Assembly: GCF_047634455.1 (NCBI RefSeq)
Contig: NZ_JBLIAI010000004.1
Span: 48,211-112,210 of the forward strand
Reading direction: 5' to 3'
From: Maritalea sp.
Lineage (GTDB): Bacteria > Pseudomonadota > Alphaproteobacteria > Rhizobiales > Devosiaceae
DNA length: 64,000 nucleotides
Part shown: in pieces, positions 1-9,017 of the stretch
How positions within the stretch are numbered: position 1 is the first letter of the stretch
Layout: every line of letters begins with the position of its first letter
The notes under the pieces: model-generated
Told to the model about the DNA's origin: nothing
The model's database searches: none
What the model saw: the letters and a program-made list of their open reading frames with translations, nothing else
Translations under genes and position numbers: made by a program

Positions 1-2
1 AA

Positions 3-179
3 ACCAACATGCTCTTCATCGAACCCGCGCCAAAAGACATCGAGCCATTGCGCCAACATTTGGGCGAACGGGCAATCAATATGGCGGGCGGCAGTTCCAT
101 TCGCATCGCGACACATCTGGACATTGACGATGATGGATTGACGCGGATTATTGATGGGTTCAAAAGCTATTATAGCTAG
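3..179 (+). CDS. ltaE: Low-specificity L-threonine aldolase, C-terminal fragment (5' end lies outside the window)
   Basis: Manual translation TNMLFIEP...SIRIATHLDIDDDGLTRIIDGFKSYYS*; TNM(L/V)F and R(I/L)xTHLD match the LtaE C-terminus. Not in the ORF track. Confidence 0.75.
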   Translation, partial: TNMLFIEPAPKDIEPLRQHLGERAINMAGGSSIRIATHLDIDDDGLTRIIDGFKSYYS

Positions 180-233
180 GGTCTGAACTCAATTGAACTG
201 CTGTCCAGACCCTAACCATTTTCGAGACCACAT

Positions 234-1532
234 ATGATCGCGCACAAATACGACAATAACCTTTGGACCAAAACCGCACCAAGCGCCCTTGGCCGCGCCC
301 AAATAGAAGGTGAACATTCAGCTGACCTGATCATCATTGGTGGCGGCTTTACCGGTTGTGCGGCCGCGCTTGAAGCGGCACAGTCTGGGCTTTTGGTCAT
401 TTTACTGGAGGCTGAAACAATCGGCTTTGGCGGCTCTGGCCGAAATGTCGGTTTGGTCAATGCCGGGCTTTGGACCCCACCTGACGACGTAGAAAACACA
501 ATCGGACTGGCTGCTGGGAAAAAGCTCAACAAAGCCCTCGCCGCTGCCCCCGATCTTGTTTTCTCACTAATTGAACGCCACCAGATCAATTGCGACGCGG
601 TGCGCAACGGCACCCTACATTGCGCACATTCAGCTGCCGGTTTGAAAAATTTACACACCCGGTTTACCCAACACCAAAAGCGCAATGCGCCCGTTGCACT
701 GATCAACCAAGAACAAACCGCACACCGCACCGGCACCGCCGCGTTCAAAGGCGCGTTATTTGACCCGCGCGCCGGCACCATCCAGCCCCTAAGCTATTGC
801 CAAGGGCTTGCCCAAGCGGCCATCAACGCGGGCGCTAAACTGTTCGAAAACAGCCCAGCCCTTGCAATTGCCCGAAACGCAGAGCAATGGACAGTCAAAA
901 CCCAAAACGGCCAAGCATGTGCACCGCACCTCATCGTCGCCACCAACGCCTATTCAAACGATCAACTCTTGGGCCAACAGTCCCGCTTTACCCTTGTGCA
1001 CTACTTCCAGTTCGCAACTGAACCGCTCACTAAATCGGAGCGCACAAGCATCTTGCCGAATCTGGAAGGGTGTTGGGACACAGCCCTGGTTATGTCCTCA
1101 TTCCGATATGACAGTGATGGTCGTTTGCTGGTGGGCTCAGTCGGCTCACTTGACCACGCAACATCGCCAACCCATGAATTTTGGGCGCAAAAGAAACTGG
1201 CCGCGATCTACCCACAATTGGCGCGCAAAAAGCTTGACCATGCTTGGCATGGCCGCATCGCAATGACCAAAGATCATTTGCCCAAAGTGGTTGAGTTCGG
1301 CCCCAACGCCTATTCTGTGTTTGGATATTCTGGTCGTGGAATTGGCCCGGGCACTGTGTTTGGCACATCTTTGGCGAAAATGATCGCCAATAACGACACA
1401 TCACACTTACCTGTTGAACCCATTAACGCCTACGCAGAGAACCTCACCAAAACCGCAGGCCTATATTATGAAACCGGTTCTGTGCTGACCCACGGCCTAT
1501 ATGCTGCGGGTCGCACGCTGATTGGACGCTAG
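234..1532 (+). CDS. FAD-dependent oxidoreductase, DadA/glycine-D-amino acid oxidase family
   Basis: ADLIIIGGGFTG Rossmann motif, GGSGRNVG, VATNAY, GYSGRGIGPGT. Confidence 0.9.
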   Translation: MIAHKYDNNLWTKTAPSALGRAQIEGEHSADLIIIGGGFTGCAAALEAAQSGLLVILLEAETIGFGGSGRNVGLVNAGLWTPPDDVENTIGLAAGKKLNKALAAAPDLVFSLIERHQINCDAVRNGTLHCAHSAAGLKNLHTRFTQHQKRNAPVALINQEQTAHRTGTAAFKGALFDPRAGTIQPLSYCQGLAQAAINAGAKLFENSPALAIARNAEQWTVKTQNGQACAPHLIVATNAYSNDQLLGQQSRFTLVHYFQFATEPLTKSERTSILPNLEGCWDTALVMSSFRYDSDGRLLVGSVGSLDHATSPTHEFWAQKKLAAIYPQLARKKLDHAWHGRIAMTKDHLPKVVEFGPNAYSVFGYSGRGIGPGTVFGTSLAKMIANNDTSHLPVEPINAYAENLTKTAGLYYETGSVLTHGLYAAGRTLIGR

Positions 1533-1936
1533 GCAGCATTTGCCTTTGCACGCTTGCCCGCCAAATCATCCAATATCGGACAATCCGGGCGGTGATCACC
1601 TTGACAGTTTTTGATGAGCACGGACAGGGTCGATTTTAAGGAATTCAACTCGACGATTTTTTGCTCAATCAGATCAATTTTTTTCTTTGCGATCTTCTTT
1701 ACGTCAGAACTGGCGCGTTGCTCATCATCATAAAGTGACAACAAAGTGCGGCACTCTTCAATTGTAAAACCTAGGCTTCTGGATCGCTGCAAGAAGCACA
1801 ATCTGTGAATGTCCGCGTCGCAATAATCTCGATAGCCATTGTCCGCCCGACCCGGACGAACAAGTTGAATTTCTTCATAATAACGAATGGTCTTCGCTGG
1901 TAAACCAGACTTTTCAGCTGCTTGCCCGATATTCAT
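1529..1936 (-). CDS. cueR: Cu(I)-responsive MerR-family regulator CueR
   Basis: MNIGQAA...KTIRYYEEI, NGYRDY, C-terminal CQGDHRPDCPIL metal-binding loop. Start placed at ATG 1936. Confidence 0.93.
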   Translation of the reverse strand: MNIGQAAEKSGLPAKTIRYYEEIQLVRPGRADNGYRDYCDADIHRLCFLQRSRSLGFTIEECRTLLSLYDDEQRASSDVKKIAKKKIDLIEQKIVELNSLKSTLSVLIKNCQGDHRPDCPILDDLAGKRAKANAA

Positions 1937-2058
1937 CGTTTTGCCTTTTCCCGACAACCATAGGTGGCCACCAGATCAGCAATATCCTCTTCGGTAAAAC
2001 CAATTTTTTCTGCCAATTCGATCATATGCTCGAATTCCTTTTTCTCTACAGGACACAT
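1933..2058 (-). CDS. 41-aa small protein upstream of and translationally coupled to cueR
   Basis: MCPVEKKEFEHMIELAEKIGFTEEDIADLVATYGCREKAKR; GGAG Shine-Dalgarno upstream; ATGA overlap of its stop with the cueR start; first ORF after a CueR-type promoter. Confidence 0.65.
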   Translation of the reverse strand: MCPVEKKEFEHMIELAEKIGFTEEDIADLVATYGCREKAKR

Positions 2059-2161
2059 GTTCGTATCTTTCTCCGTATATCTTGACTTGCAGGCCACGCA
2101 GCCAAATCGCACTTGCAAGTCCAAACGCCGATCCACTGGCTTAGGTTGAATAGAACAATAT

Positions 2162-2191
2162 ATATGAACCTTACAGTAATTGGAAGGTCAA
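2162..2191 (-). promoter_or_regulatory. CueR-type promoter/operator
   Basis: Minus strand reads TTGACCTTCCAATTACTGTAAGGTTCATATA: a -35 TTGACC overlapping the dyad ACCTTCC-N7-GTAAGGT (consensus ACCTTCC-N7-GGAAGGT), then an AT-rich -10 after about 19 bp. Confidence 0.85.
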
Positions 2192-2247
2192 GACTGCATA
2201 GCTGATGCGATATTTTGGAGCATCACCGCAAAAACTGCCCGCGTGCT

Positions 2248-2304
2248 TGCGCCAACTCTTCTGCCTTTTCAAAATGCGCCAACTCTTCTGCCTTTTCAAA
2301 ATGC
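2248..2304. repeat. Perfect 27-bp tandem duplication
   Basis: TGCGCCAACTCTTCTGCCTTTTCAAAA at 2248-2274 and 2275-2301, followed by TGC. Confidence 0.95.
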
Positions 2305-2366
2305 ACAAAGTGCAACCCGCACATTTAAAGCAAGAAATGGCAAAAGATGGAGGTTAAAATAAACTC

Positions 2367-2382
2367 TTAAGAACTTATTAAC
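2367..2382 (+). promoter_or_regulatory. Putative CtrA binding site
   Basis: TTAA-GAACTTA-TTAAC is an exact match to TTAA-N7-TTAAC, about 80 bp upstream of the CDS at 2464. Confidence 0.6.
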
Positions 2383-2463
2383 CAACCTGACCTTGATCAA
2401 GGCAATAAATGACACCATCATTAGTCTGTACTCTGGATCTTTTGGAAAATAGGGAAGACGAAC

Positions 2464-3636
2464 ATGCGTGTGATTTCCTTAATACTGGCAATAACAGCAA
2501 TATTGGTAAGCCCAATATTTGCTCAAGAGCAAAAAACACAATCATTGAAATTCGGCGGCGATGTATTTATCGGCGCGGATCGACCCGAAATACTCACCTC
2601 CGTCCCAAACGATGTTTTTGCCGCTGGCTACAAGCCACTGGTCAATACCGATGTGGCGGGCGATGTTCATGCTGCCGGGTTTGAAGTATCTATAGAAGGC
2701 CCTGTTGCAGGCAATGTGTACGCCTTTGGCAACATGGTGCGGATCAACGGCACAACCGGCAAAGACGTCACAAGCTCTGGCAGCTCAGTCATCATTAATG
2801 GCGCCGTTGGTGGCAATGTACGGGCCGCAGGCGCCGATGTAACCATCAATGCACCCATTTCAGGTTCAGTGCTTATTGGCGCGGCCTCCTTCAACCTAAA
2901 CGCAGCTGTTTCAGGCGACCTCAGTTTCTCAGGCGACCGCATTGAATTTGGTGAAGGGGCAAAAATTGACGGGCAAGTGCTGATCCGCTCAAACAGAGAC
3001 GACATTCAAGTCCCAGCCGCTGTCGCACCCCCCGACCGGGTCACCATTCAAAAAGTCTCAACCCCCGACATGGTGTCGGGCATGGGCGACATCGCCAAAC
3101 AAACCACACAAGGCCTGTGGGTTGCATGGGCGTCCGCACTGCTGTTACTGTTGGTTTTACCCATCATCGGCGTAATCTGGTTGGCACTGTTCCCAAAACG
3201 CAGCCAAATCGCCTACGAAGTGGCCATCGCCAGACCGTTCAAAAGTATATTCATTGGATTGCTGGGTGTGGCGATGTTCATCGGCCTCATCCCCGTATTG
3301 GGCATGACGCTGATCGGCATTCCGCTGATCCCAGTGGCCATTGTGGTGCTCATCGTCGCGGTACTATTGGGATATATTGCGGGCGCATGGTTTCTTGCCG
3401 CGCGGGTACTTGAAGCGTTTGGCTTTGAAGGCGACACTCTCATCAAACGCGCCATCGCCATGGTTGCAGGCATTATCCTCGCCTTCATCCTCGGGCTTAT
3501 CCCGTTCATTGGTTGGCTGATCGGTCTTGTGTTCGGCTTTGTCGGCCTTGGCAGCATTTTGTTTGCCTATATCGGCCGCTCCATCAACAAACAATTCCAC
3601 CAGGATGTGGCCGCTGAAGTAGAGCGGCTGGGTTAA
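2464..3636 (+). CDS. Exported polymer-forming cytoskeletal (bactofilin-like) beta-helix domain fused to a multi-TM C-terminal domain
   Basis: Signal peptide, ~17-aa repeats (GDVHAAGFEVSIEGPVA / GNVYAFGNMVRINGTTG / GNVRAAGADVTINAPIS), then about 6 hydrophobic helices. Confidence 0.8.
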   Translation: MRVISLILAITAILVSPIFAQEQKTQSLKFGGDVFIGADRPEILTSVPNDVFAAGYKPLVNTDVAGDVHAAGFEVSIEGPVAGNVYAFGNMVRINGTTGKDVTSSGSSVIINGAVGGNVRAAGADVTINAPISGSVLIGAASFNLNAAVSGDLSFSGDRIEFGEGAKIDGQVLIRSNRDDIQVPAAVAPPDRVTIQKVSTPDMVSGMGDIAKQTTQGLWVAWASALLLLLVLPIIGVIWLALFPKRSQIAYEVAIARPFKSIFIGLLGVAMFIGLIPVLGMTLIGIPLIPVAIVVLIVAVLLGYIAGAWFLAARVLEAFGFEGDTLIKRAIAMVAGIILAFILGLIPFIGWLIGLVFGFVGLGSILFAYIGRSINKQFHQDVAAEVERLG

Positions 3637-3650
3637 ATTCGAAATCAGAA

Positions 3651-3681
3651 CCCCGCGTCAAATCTCGACGCGGGGCATTTT
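3651..3681 (+). terminator. Intrinsic terminator
   Basis: CCCCGCGTC-aaatctc-GACGCGGGG followed by CATTTT. Confidence 0.75.
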
Positions 3682-3947
3682 GAAGCCAAAGACATTTTCT
3701 GCACTAAATTCCATCAATCTCTTCGCAAAATACTCAGTTAATTGGTACGCAAACACACATTTTGGCACCTAACTGACACATGCAGGAACAGTCCCACCAC
3801 AAATGTGACAAGATATTTGCCCAACTGTCTGCAAAGGCAGGGAAAATCAACGAAATTCAAATGTCATCAATTTTGAAACGTTCCCGGCACAAACCCCGGG
3901 ACCAAAGCGGGACAAATCGGCACGTTCCGACGAGGCAAAACCCGCCC

Positions 3948-5222
3948 TTAAAAACGGTTTTTACCGTAAATATGGTCCAGCATTTCCATCGCCGCGGCAA
4001 CAGTTTCCGTGTCGCTCAACTGCTCAATGCTATCGGCCACACTGCCCGCATTAAAACCCAAAAGGATCGGCTCCCCGGTATATTTGTAAATATTCAACCA
4101 TTCAGTGAAATGGCCGCGTTTTTCGCCCTCCATGCCGAGCATATCAGCTTGTTTATCCCAAAAAACATCATCAAACTTCAAATAGACTTTGTTGAGCAAA
4201 CCCATGCCTAAATCATTGATCGCTTTCAGCTTTTTCTTTGGCAAGGCAGGCTGAAAATCAATTGTTCCAGCTTTCAAAACGCCTAAAGGCACGCTGATAA
4301 TCGCCACGTCAAATGCTTCAAACTTACCTTTTACACCAATCTCAACACCTTGTTTGCCGTAGGCGATTTTATCGACAGGTTGCGAAAGTTTAACCTCAAA
4401 CCCACCTATCAATGCTTCAGCTATCTGACTGTAACCATTAGCAAAAATCGCGTCTCCGCCGCGCAAATCTTCGCCTTCTTCGGTGGCATCCTTTGATAGC
4501 TGATCGATATCGGCCGCATATTCATGTTCAAGTGCTGTGACTTGCTCAAACCAGTCTGGCAACTGGTCTTCATCGTCAATTATGCCATTGCCGTTGCGCG
4601 TGATGTAGTTTTCATAATCAGTCGGCAGCAATTCTGCGCCAATGTCTTTGGCGATTTTTGTCAGTGGGTTACCCTTGAGCCCATGGATCCAGCTCGCGCC
4701 CAAATCCAAAGGAATACCAAGGCTTTGCTCCGTCCACACGCGCCCACCAATCCGGTTTCGTGCTTCAAAAACGGTCACGTTATAGCCCTCATCTGCAAGC
4801 GCCCGCGCCGCGGCCAAACCAGCAATACCAGCGCCAATAATCGCAACGGTTTCAGCATCGCTTCGCATGACTTCTTCAGCCGCACGAATACCCGAATTCA
4901 ACGCGCCATGTACGGTGGCGGGGGCTTCGCGATCTGTCGCTTCTCCGCAAAAATTGATCCGCTCATCTACATGTTTTGCAAGGTCTTTTCGCTGCGAACT
5001 CTTTGAGCCTTTGGCCAAATACGAGTATGAGCCAAGCGCAAACGGGTCCTGCCGCCAACGGGTAATCTGATAGCCAATCGGTTGCGGCATACTACCTGTC
5101 TCACCCTGCGCAGCAAAAGCCGTGAACGGACCAATCGCTGCCATTATGGCGGTGCCTTTTGCGCCATTCGCAAGGAAGTTTCGACGCGCGTTAAATGTGC
5201 TGCGTTGCTTCTCGTCCGGCAT
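3948..5222 (-). CDS. Tat-exported flavin monoamine/polyamine oxidase family protein, circularly permuted
   Basis: RRNFL Tat motif. The normally C-terminal block (TRWRQDPFALGSYSY, FCGEAT, TVHGALNSGIRAA) precedes VAIIGAGIAGL, EARNRIGGRV, DLGASWIHG and GLLNKVYLKF. Confidence 0.85.
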   Translation of the reverse strand: MPDEKQRSTFNARRNFLANGAKGTAIMAAIGPFTAFAAQGETGSMPQPIGYQITRWRQDPFALGSYSYLAKGSKSSQRKDLAKHVDERINFCGEATDREAPATVHGALNSGIRAAEEVMRSDAETVAIIGAGIAGLAAARALADEGYNVTVFEARNRIGGRVWTEQSLGIPLDLGASWIHGLKGNPLTKIAKDIGAELLPTDYENYITRNGNGIIDDEDQLPDWFEQVTALEHEYAADIDQLSKDATEEGEDLRGGDAIFANGYSQIAEALIGGFEVKLSQPVDKIAYGKQGVEIGVKGKFEAFDVAIISVPLGVLKAGTIDFQPALPKKKLKAINDLGMGLLNKVYLKFDDVFWDKQADMLGMEGEKRGHFTEWLNIYKYTGEPILLGFNAGSVADSIEQLSDTETVAAAMEMLDHIYGKNRF

Positions 5223-5286
5223 GTTCGCTCCCCAAAGATGCAGATCAAACCATATCTACACGTGGCGTCGATGTGCGGCAACACTT

Positions 5287-6177
5287 CTATCCCTTAACCG
5301 CACCGTCACCGAGGTCGGAAACCAAAAACCGTTGCGCAAACAAAAAGATAACAGTGATCGGCAGGCCGGAAAGAACCGCCGCTGCAGCAAAGTCACCCCA
5401 GAGATATTTCTGCTCATAAAGATATTGCCGCGCACCAACCGCCAACGTCATCTGGTCTGTATTGCGCAGCAAGACCGACGCAACCGGATATTCATTGATC
5501 AAAAAGATAAATGACAAAACGAACACCACCGCCAAAATGGGCACTGAGAGTGGCAAAAAGATAAAGCGGAACGCTTGCCAGGGCGTCGCGCCATCAATCA
5601 TGGCGGCTTTGTCCAACGCCGGATCGACGCTGTCGAAATAGCCCTTGATGGTCCAGATATGTAAAGTGATTGCGGACAAGTAAGACAGGATCAATGCCGG
5701 GTGGCTATCAATGCCCAGCCAAGGCACCACGCGACCAAGCGCATCAAATATCGCATAGGCCGCAATCACCGTGAGCGCGGCGGGGAACATTTGCACGATC
5801 AGCAATGTATCGAGCAGCCCGACGCGTCCTTTGAATTGCATCCGCGCAAACGCATAGGCAGACGTGGTCGCCAAAACCAAAATGCCGATGGAAGCAATCA
5901 TCGAGATTTTGACCGAATTCCAGAGCCACAACAGCACCGGATATGGCGGGATCATCACGGTGCCATCGGCGCGGGTAAACTCAAACCCAAGCGCTAAAGC
6001 CCAATGTTCAAGCGTTGGGCGTTCAGGGAAAATGCTTCCCGTCGAAAAGTTGCCTTCCCGGAACGAGATCGACAAAACCATCAGAAATGGAAACATGATC
6101 AGGGCGATAAATCCGACCAGGAAAACATGCGCGGCGACTTTGCGCCAAAACAGCGAACGGCGATTTTCAACCATCAT
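5287..6177 (-). CDS. malG: Maltose/maltodextrin ABC permease MalG
   Basis: [25 protein letters not shown]-like loop, [18 protein letters not shown], ends VKG. Confidence 0.9.
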   Translation of the reverse strand: MMVENRRSLFWRKVAAHVFLVGFIALIMFPFLMVLSISFREGNFSTGSIFPERPTLEHWALALGFEFTRADGTVMIPPYPVLLWLWNSVKISMIASIGILVLATTSAYAFARMQFKGRVGLLDTLLIVQMFPAALTVIAAYAIFDALGRVVPWLGIDSHPALILSYLSAITLHIWTIKGYFDSVDPALDKAAMIDGATPWQAFRFIFLPLSVPILAVVFVLSFIFLINEYPVASVLLRNTDQMTLAVGARQYLYEQKYLWGDFAAAAVLSGLPITVIFLFAQRFLVSDLGDGAVKG

Positions 6178-7751
6178 GAGCGGGCACTCCGTTTGGCGGC
6201 CAATCTTTGCATGGCGCGATAATTCACATAGGCAATGATGCCTGTGATGATGAAGATCAGCGTTGAAATGGCGCCTGCTAAGCCGAAATCTTGACCCGAA
6301 TTTTGAAACGCGATGCGGAACGTGAACGAGCCAAGCAAGTCGGTTGAGCCTGCTGGAATGATCGTGCCTGGAATATCCGGTCCACCGCGGGTGAGGAGCA
6401 AGACCAAAACGATATTGTTGAAGTTAAACGCGAAATTGGCAATCAACAACGGCACCATCGGCGGCATAATCTGCGGCAAAGTAATAGCGAAGAAATTACG
6501 GACAGGGCCTGAATTTTCAAGTGCTGCGGCTTTAAAGTGGTCACGCGGCACACTTTGCAAAAAGCCCGCTGAGATGAGCATCCAATAGGGGAAGCCAAGC
6601 CACGTATTGACCAGCAACAGCATTGATCGGGTCAAGGTTGGGTTGGTGAACCAGTCCGGCTCCAAACCAAACAGCGCCCCCAAAATCAAGTTGATTTCGC
6701 CGAAATTTTGATTGAACAGGCCGCGAAAGACCAGGATCGAAATAAAGGCTGGCACGGCATAAGGCAGGATCAAAAAGATCTTATAGATGGCCTTATACGC
6801 AAGGTGCTCCCACTCCAAAACCACAGCCAACATGGTGCCAAGGCCCGACGTGAAAACCATCGACAGGAACGCAAAGGCACAGGTCCAGATGAAGATTTCA
6901 AGCATCGGTTGGCGGATGCCATCTGCAAACAAAACTTTGGTAAAATTCGCCCAGCCAACACCCACGGGCCAACCGGGGGTGACCATTTCATCGGCTTCGT
7001 TTTGGTAAAAGCCTTTTTCGTGATTTGGCACCAGCACCGTACCGTCCACCCCGTTCAAATTTTCATTCTCGTCGAGAGTATAAAAGGGCGCGGAAGTTGC
7101 GAACTCGCGCAAGCCGTCCATGGTCAATTCGCCTCCGTCCGGCAATTCAACGATGAGTTTTTGCAGCGCCGCCCGGTTTTGCAAAACCGCTTTTACGTTC
7201 TGCGTTTCAGGCGCATCACCTTCATAGGGCGTAGCAATTAGGCGGTCATCTTCAGCCGCGCCAAGTGGCCCGGTGATCAACGCGGGTCGACCATCGTCTT
7301 GCGCAAAATACAGTCGCAAATCTTCGGTCAACGCAAATGGACGCCCGCTGTCTGGCGCTTTGACCATCTTATCAAGGTGAATTTGTTGCACCCGCTCAAA
7401 CGGCAAAATATTGGAGGCGCTATAGTTGGTGAAGCCAATGCCAGACGTGTAGAGCACCGGCAACACGATAAAGACTGCGATGGCGGCTACACCGGGGAAC
7501 ACAAATCGCCAGGTATAAAAACGCGCCCAGCCAAACAGAATGACAATAGAAATGCCAAGGGCGAAGGCAACCACGGCAAATATGGGTTCACCGGCAAGAT
7601 ACAGGCCCCAAATGACATACAAAAAAGCCAAGGCGATAGCCGTTAAACTGGCAAGCCGCAAAAACGGTTTAAGCGTTTGAACAAGCAAGGAGATCATCGA
7701 GGTTGCCGCACGGTTTGGTTGCGGATTGTGATCTTCAGTCGTAACGGACAT
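6174..7751 (-). CDS. malF: Maltose/maltodextrin ABC permease MalF
   Basis: FTNYSASN, large periplasmic P2 loop, [43 protein letters not shown]. Confidence 0.9.
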   Translation of the reverse strand: MSVTTEDHNPQPNRAATSMISLLVQTLKPFLRLASLTAIALAFLYVIWGLYLAGEPIFAVVAFALGISIVILFGWARFYTWRFVFPGVAAIAVFIVLPVLYTSGIGFTNYSASNILPFERVQQIHLDKMVKAPDSGRPFALTEDLRLYFAQDDGRPALITGPLGAAEDDRLIATPYEGDAPETQNVKAVLQNRAALQKLIVELPDGGELTMDGLREFATSAPFYTLDENENLNGVDGTVLVPNHEKGFYQNEADEMVTPGWPVGVGWANFTKVLFADGIRQPMLEIFIWTCAFAFLSMVFTSGLGTMLAVVLEWEHLAYKAIYKIFLILPYAVPAFISILVFRGLFNQNFGEINLILGALFGLEPDWFTNPTLTRSMLLLVNTWLGFPYWMLISAGFLQSVPRDHFKAAALENSGPVRNFFAITLPQIMPPMVPLLIANFAFNFNNIVLVLLLTRGGPDIPGTIIPAGSTDLLGSFTFRIAFQNSGQDFGLAGAISTLIFIITGIIAYVNYRAMQRLAAKRSARS

Positions 7752-7777
7752 GGCGTTGACCTTTGCAGGTTAGGTGA

Positions 7778-7800
7778 GGCACCGCCTTAATGGCGATGCC
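7778..7800 (-). other. Intercistronic stem-loop after malE
   Basis: GGCATCGCC-ATTAA-GGCGGTGCC on the minus strand, with no U-tract. Confidence 0.55.
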
Positions 7801-7810
7801 CCCATTTTGA

Positions 7811-8986
7811 CTATTCTGCCAAGATACGTGTTTCAGCACCAGCCAAAGCGTCTTCAACAGACGACTGACCATTGGTGATTGAACGAAGTGCTGGCTCCAT
7901 AGCGGCCCAGAATTTACCCATTGCAGGGATTGAAGGCATTGGAACACCTGTTTGCGCATTGGCCAAAGTCGCCGCGATATTTGCATCCGCTTCAACTTGT
8001 TTTGCAAACGAGATAGAAGTCACCGCACCCAAAGGCACATCATCATTCACTGTTTTTAGGCCATCGTCAGATAGCATGTAGCTTTCGATGAATTCTTTGG
8101 CGATGTCTTTGTTCGGGCTAGCCGCATTAACAGTTGCCGCCAAAACACCAACGAATGATTTTGAAGGTTTGCCATCAACTGAAGGAATTGGGGCCACACC
8201 GAAATTGATGCCAGATGTTTGAAGGTTTGACCAAGCCCAAGGACCATTGATCACCATGGCGGTTTCGCCTTTGTTGATCGCTGCATCCATCACGCCATAG
8301 TCAGCGCCTTTTGGCATTACGCCACCGTCGATCAAAGATTTGATCATGGACGCGCCAGCAATAGAGCCAGCATTTGCGACGCCCGTTGTGGTTGCATCAT
8401 ATGCGCCATCTTTTTTCTCAAACGCGTAACCGCCGCCAGCCATAAGCAATGGGAATGAGAAATAGGTGTTGTTGTAATCCCACATGATCGGGAATTCGAC
8501 GCCGTCAATTTTCAGATCAGCAATTTCTTCAAATGTTGTTGGTGGTGTTGGCACCAAATCTTTATTATAGATCAAGCCAACAGCTTCAACGGCAATCGGG
8601 TAACCCCAGATTTTACCGTCAGAAGTTACTGCATCCCAAGCAAAATCAAATGTGTTGGCTTTAACCGCATCGCTTGGATCAACTGGCGCAATCAAGCCGC
8701 CAGCTGCCCACTCGCCAAAACGGTCGTGCGCCCAGATGAAAATGTCTGGGCCTTGGCCGTTGGCTGCAGCTTGCTGGAACTTGTCTGTCACACCTTCTGG
8801 GTGCTCAACAACAACTTCAACGCCAAGTTCTTCGGTGAACTTTTTGCCAAGTTCTGCAAGACCGTTAAAGCCTTTATCGCCATTGATCCAAATGACAAGC
8901 TTGCCTTCTTCCAACGCATAAGTTGGCAAAATGGATGCCGCAGAAATCGCAATTGCGCTTACTGCTAGGGTGAGTAGTTTCTTCAT
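7811..8986 (-). CDS. malE: Maltose-binding periplasmic protein MalE
   Basis: [59 protein letters not shown] closely follow the E. coli MalE pattern. Confidence 0.92.
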   Translation of the reverse strand: MKKLLTLAVSAIAISAASILPTYALEEGKLVIWINGDKGFNGLAELGKKFTEELGVEVVVEHPEGVTDKFQQAAANGQGPDIFIWAHDRFGEWAAGGLIAPVDPSDAVKANTFDFAWDAVTSDGKIWGYPIAVEAVGLIYNKDLVPTPPTTFEEIADLKIDGVEFPIMWDYNNTYFSFPLLMAGGGYAFEKKDGAYDATTTGVANAGSIAGASMIKSLIDGGVMPKGADYGVMDAAINKGETAMVINGPWAWSNLQTSGINFGVAPIPSVDGKPSKSFVGVLAATVNAASPNKDIAKEFIESYMLSDDGLKTVNDDVPLGAVTSISFAKQVEADANIAATLANAQTGVPMPSIPAMGKFWAAMEPALRSITNGQSSVEDALAGAETRILAE

Positions 8987-9017
8987 GTCGTAATCCTCCC
9001 GACTACCGATTAACCGC

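Noticed and set aside
212-781. 189-aa antisense ORF, and the many similar shadow ORFs (e.g. 18432-19004, 36769-37404, 39714-40316)
   Set aside because: They lie opposite well-supported genes, lack motifs and are explained by codon bias of the sense strand.
2248-2304. 27-bp repeat as a CRISPR array
   Set aside because: Only two directly adjacent copies, no spacer and no cas genes.
2180-2362. 60-aa ORF containing a duplicated APTLLPFQN
   Set aside because: It starts inside the CueR operator, has no RBS and simply reflects the in-frame DNA duplication.
3780-4211. 143-aa plus-strand ORF
   Set aside because: Mostly antisense to the amine oxidase, TTG start, no recognisable motif.
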